Shown: positions 60,849-64,000 of the stretch, piece by piece
Layout: every line of letters begins with the position of its first letter
How positions within the stretch are numbered: the stretch's first letter is position 1
Source of the DNA: an uncultured Methylomirabilota bacterium
GTDB taxonomy: Bacteria; Methylomirabilota; Methylomirabilia; Methylomirabilales; 2-02-FULL-66-22
Length of the DNA stretch: 64,000 bases
Direction of reading: 5' to 3'
Assembly (NCBI GenBank): GCA_963705305.1
Contig: OY970067.1
Coordinates: forward strand, 3,296,001-3,360,000
The notes under the pieces: model-generated
The model's input: the letters and a program-made list of their open reading frames with translations, nothing else
Databases searched by the model: none
What the model was told of the DNA's origin: nothing
Translations under genes and position numbers: made by a program

Positions 60849-61242
60849 ATGCCGAGCCGGACGAGGCGACGGTCCTGGGTGTGGTGGGGCGTGGTAGTGG
60901 CCGGGCTCCTGCTGGTCGGGGCCTACGTCCTCTTCAATGTTTTGGACGTTCGACGGCTCGGACCTGGCCAATCGCCTCCTGGGGAACCCCCTCGCCCAGC
61001 AGTGGTCTGAGTGTGAGGCGGAGACCCCGGGCCGCTTCGGCCTCGGGATCCTGGGCCCCCCCGGGCGGCTGGCGGACCTGGAAGCCCCCGCATTCGCCTC
61101 CAGCCATTCCTTCACGCTGCTCCCCCTGACTCCCACGACCCGCGACATGCGGCAGGGCGCGATCCGCCCGCGCAGGGATGTCGCCCAGACCCTCCGATCC
61201 AGCCCTTCTCCGACGGACGATCCCCCGCAGACGTTCTGCTGA
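60849..61242 (+). pseudogene. Frameshifted small membrane protein; a second broken copy lies at about 59680-59827
   Basis: MPSRTRRRSWVWWGVVVAGLLLVGAYVLFNVLDV then a frameshift into DGSDLAN...; the upstream copy has TGG changed to TAG. Confidence 0.55.
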
Positions 61243-61443
61243 CCACAGCCCGGACAGGCCGGCCTCCATCTCGTACATCGGCTCCTGCCAGGCACGACGG
61301 CTTGCCTAGGCCGGGCGCGGTGAGGCGTGCCCCGTGTGCTCCGGATGGTGTCGAGCCCAGAAGGGGAGTGCGGGGAGGATAGGAGGGGTCCCGGTGGCAT
61401 GAGTCGGAGACCCAAGATCCCAAGATCCACAGGAGGCCGTCGG

Positions 61444-61870
61444 ATGTCCAGTGCAGATGCCCAGCAGTCCGTCGCAGAGGAACCCCCCGCGGAGGGGTGC
61501 GTGCAGTGCCCGTTCCTCCAGACGCACCTCGTGCCGGGGTCGGCCCGCATCCTCCACACGTGCTGGGCGCCCCGCCTCCGGATGCTCCCTAGCCGTTACA
61601 CAAAGGTGTTGATAACGGTCGGCGTTTCGCTAGTAACGGCATGAATTGGTTGACCGAATCGGAACGCCTTGTCGGGGAAGAAATCTTCCTCGATGTCAGC
61701 TCAATCCGAAAAGGACGGAATGCGCTGTAACCACAGAGGAATCGCGCCTATTGACAAGCGAATCTTCAACACCTTTGTGTAGCGGGTAGGGATGCTCCCG
61801 ACCCTGGGGGAGTATCGGACCTACTGTACGAGGAGCGCTTCGCGACCTGTCCCTGGTTCCGGCAGGCCCA
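61444..61870 (+). pseudogene. 4-Cys small protein gene disrupted by the MITE; resembles 35883-36104
   Basis: Removing the MITE and one target copy gives QCPFL...TCWAPRLRMLPTLGEYRTYCT, then after a 1-nt shift EERFATCPWF. Confidence 0.5.
61589..61789. mobile_element. 201-bp MITE copy 2 (inverted relative to copy 1)
   Basis: Reverse complement of 21779-21979; 9-bp target duplication GGATGCTCC. Confidence 0.92.
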
Positions 61871-61977
61871 CGCGAGCCTGAGGGAGACCGGCGGCCCTCC
61901 GCCGGCCGCGGCCCCACCCGCACCGCGGGCCCGGTGGCCGCTTGAAACGGAGCTCGGCGGTGGCTAGGGAGGCACCC

Positions 61978-62310
61978 ATGGTCCAAAACCGCCGGATAAC
62001 TGCTCGGCGCGGACGGTCTGCCCCGGCCACGATCGTGGAGTACACGGATGACAAGCGACCGGTGAACGGCTACCCCGCCTACCTCATCTCGCCGTCCCGG
62101 CCCGGTCCGTGCTGTCACACCGACATGGAGGCCCTCGACCGGCCCCCGGCCGCACCCCGTGGGCATTCCACCTACGCGCGGTGCCGGACTTGCGGGTTCA
62201 CCGTGCGGGTATTTCCGCGGGGCTGCTCGCCGCCGCCCCGCTGACTCCTGCGGCAGCTCCGCCGGGAGCTCGCCCACATGTTTGAGCGGGTTCCGCCTGC
62301 ATACGACTGA
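61978..62310 (+). pseudogene. Paralog of the 41588-41953 zinc-ribbon-like protein with an in-frame TGA at 62242-62244
   Basis: TIVEYTDDK...GPCCHTDME...RCRTCGFTVRV...*LLRQLRRELAHMF; similarity continues past the stop. Confidence 0.6.
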
Positions 62311-62806
62311 GAGGACCATGCGCCGCAGGTGGGCCCCCCGGGGACTCGAGCCAACGGCTCGGCCGGCCCTGGCGGAGGACCAGTGAGCCGACGCAAGGCC
62401 GAACCAGGGAACAACGTCGTGCCGTACCGTGCGGAGGTGAAGACCGGCTGGGCGACGGATCGCCGTGTCATCGGCGCGCCACGCCCCCAATAGTTCGGAG
62501 CTCCTCCGAGATTTCGGACGGCTCCCCGCGATGTCTCCGCTGAGATTGTGTTGTCACGGTACATCTAACTCCTTGAATTACTAGGACTGACGCCTCGTCT
62601 GGCCCACCAAGGAGCGGGATGGATCTGACCTTGCACGCTCCAGCACCAGGAAACTCCGCGGATCGGGAGGGGGTCCGGGGGAGAAAGAAGCGCACAAGGA
62701 CTGCGACAGTTCGGTAGTGGAAGGCCGGCAATTGAGACCCTCTGATGCGAGCGGCGACCGAACAGGCTTTTCGCCGCGTGATTCGCACGGGGAAGGAGGT
62801 AGGACA

Positions 62807-64000
62807 ATGGTCGAGGAACCCACACATGGCGAGCAGCCACGGCTGCTGGCAGGCAACGAGGGGCGAACCGTCCGGCGTGGCTGGCCGCTGCGACTCATCC
62901 TGGTGGCCGCGGTCGGCGCCATCATGCTCCTGATGGTTCTCTCCGGCGTCATCCAGACGGGGCTGTGGATGCGGCAGCTCGGCTACAGTGGGATCTTCTG
63001 GACCCTGCTGACCCTGCGCTGGGGGCTCTTCGGGGGGGCGTTCGTGGTCGTGCTGCTGTACCTCTGGCTCAATCTGCGCCTGGCGGCGCGCACCGGCGCC
63101 CCGGGGCGGGCGGGGCAGGAGCCCGGCGAGCCGATCATCGTGGCAGGACTCGGCGTCGCGATCTCCCCCCGGGTGGTGCGGTGGGCCACGGGCACGGCCG
63201 CGGCGGTGGCGGCCGCCCTCCTCTTTGGGCTCGTCTTCTACGCGCAGTGGGATACGGTCCTCCGCTTCCGGTACGGCGGCGCCTTCGGGCTGGCCGACCC
63301 GCTCTTCCGGGTCAACGTCGGATTTTATCTGTTCCGGCTCCCCTTCTACGAGCTCGTGCAGAGCAGCTTGGCCGCATTGGCGCTGATCACGTTCCTGGCC
63401 GTCCTGGTCTGCTACGCGTTCGTCGGGGGGCTGCGGCTCGGCCCCGGGGGCCAGGTGGAGGGCCGGAGCGCCACGGCCGTGTCCCATCTGGCCATCCTGC
63501 TCTTCGTCCTGGTCGCCAGCTGGGGGTGGGGGTTCTACCTGGACCACTACGAGCTCGTCTACTCCACGCAGGGTGTCGTGTACGGCGCCGGCTACACGGC
63601 GGACCACGTGACCCGGATCGCCTTCTGGGTGATGCTCGGCGCCTCGGCGGCCCTCTGCGCCCTGCTGGCGGTCGCGGTCGTCCGGCCACGGGTTCGACCG
63701 ATCGTGATCGCGTCGGGGGTCTACGTGGCGTTGTACATCCTCGGAATCATGCTCCTGCCGAACCTCTTCCAGCGATTCACGGTCCAGCCGAGCGAGCTGG
63801 CCCTCGAAACCCCGTACCTCGCGCACAACATCGAGTACACGCGCAAAGCCTACCGCCTCGACGCCATCCAGGAGACCTCCTACCCGGCCCTGCCGGACCT
63901 GACCGCCGACGTGATTGCGCGCAATGAGGACACCATCCAGAACATCCGGCTCTGGGACTGGCGTCCGCTGCTGCAGATGTACCAGCAGGCCCAGGAGATC
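62807..64000 (+). CDS. UPF0182 family membrane protein (runs off window end)
   Basis: Manual translation: LWMRQLGYSGIFWT, DPLFRVNVGFYLFRLP, YGAGYTADHV, VQPSEL.LE.PYL..NI..TR.AY, NIRLWDWRPL; AAGGAGG RBS. Confidence 0.9.
   Translation, partial: MVEEPTHGEQPRLLAGNEGRTVRRGWPLRLILVAAVGAIMLLMVLSGVIQTGLWMRQLGYSGIFWTLLTLRWGLFGGAFVVVLLYLWLNLRLAARTGAPGRAGQEPGEPIIVAGLGVAISPRVVRWATGTAAAVAAALLFGLVFYAQWDTVLRFRYGGAFGLADPLFRVNVGFYLFRLPFYELVQSSLAALALITFLAVLVCYAFVGGLRLGPGGQVEGRSATAVSHLAILLFVLVASWGWGFYLDHYELVYSTQGVVYGAGYTADHVTRIAFWVMLGASAALCALLAVAVVRPRVRPIVIASGVYVALYILGIMLLPNLFQRFTVQPSELALETPYLAHNIEYTRKAYRLDAIQETSYPALPDLTADVIARNEDTIQNIRLWDWRPLLQMYQQAQEI

Noticed and set aside
62242..62244. Selenocysteine readthrough of the in-frame TGA
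   Set aside because: The aligned position in the paralog is not a Cys and no convincing SECIS was recognised; decay or error is simpler
1..64000. CRISPR array, cas genes, reverse transcriptase, retron or DGR
   Set aside because: No regularly spaced repeat-spacer array and no RT motifs seen; the RNase H has no RT partner in the window

Overview
GC-rich bacterial window with four parts. (1) 1-19.3 kb looks like the right arm of an integrated conjugative or plasmid-like element. It carries a probable AbiEii toxin C-terminus overlapping an ADP-ribosylglycohydrolase, RadC, a viroplasmin-type RNase H, Ssb, an unknown internally duplicated protein next to a repeat-rich spacer, a ParM plus tandem-RHH partition pair, two multi-GAF hybrid kinases (one a pseudokinase) and an XRE regulator. 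It ends at a tmRNA/tRNA-3'-end-like att scar. (2) 19.3-29.2 kb is a repeat-bounded metal(loid) island: arsR-acr3-arsC-(trx remnant)-fmdE-like-tauE plus a Cys/His-packed metallothionein-like protein and its pseudogene. (3) 29.3-52.7 kb is mostly chromosomal. It includes the best candidate for an uncharacterised system: heme-motif sensor kinase, archaemetzincin protease and sigma54 activator upstream of a 4-Cys protein, a membrane-anchored GcvH-like protein lacking the lipoyl lysine, a triheme c7 cytochrome and HybA/HybB-like subunits with no catalytic subunit. It also holds a frameshifted UvrD-nuclease, an intact IS1380-family element and mntR-mntH-usp. (4) 52.7-64 kb holds a LysW-dependent lysWXYZJK operon interrupted by toxin-antitoxin genes, a Crp regulator surrounded by pseudogenes, a second identical copy of a 201-bp MITE and a partial UPF0182 gene. 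All family calls come from motif recognition by eye; no searches were run.
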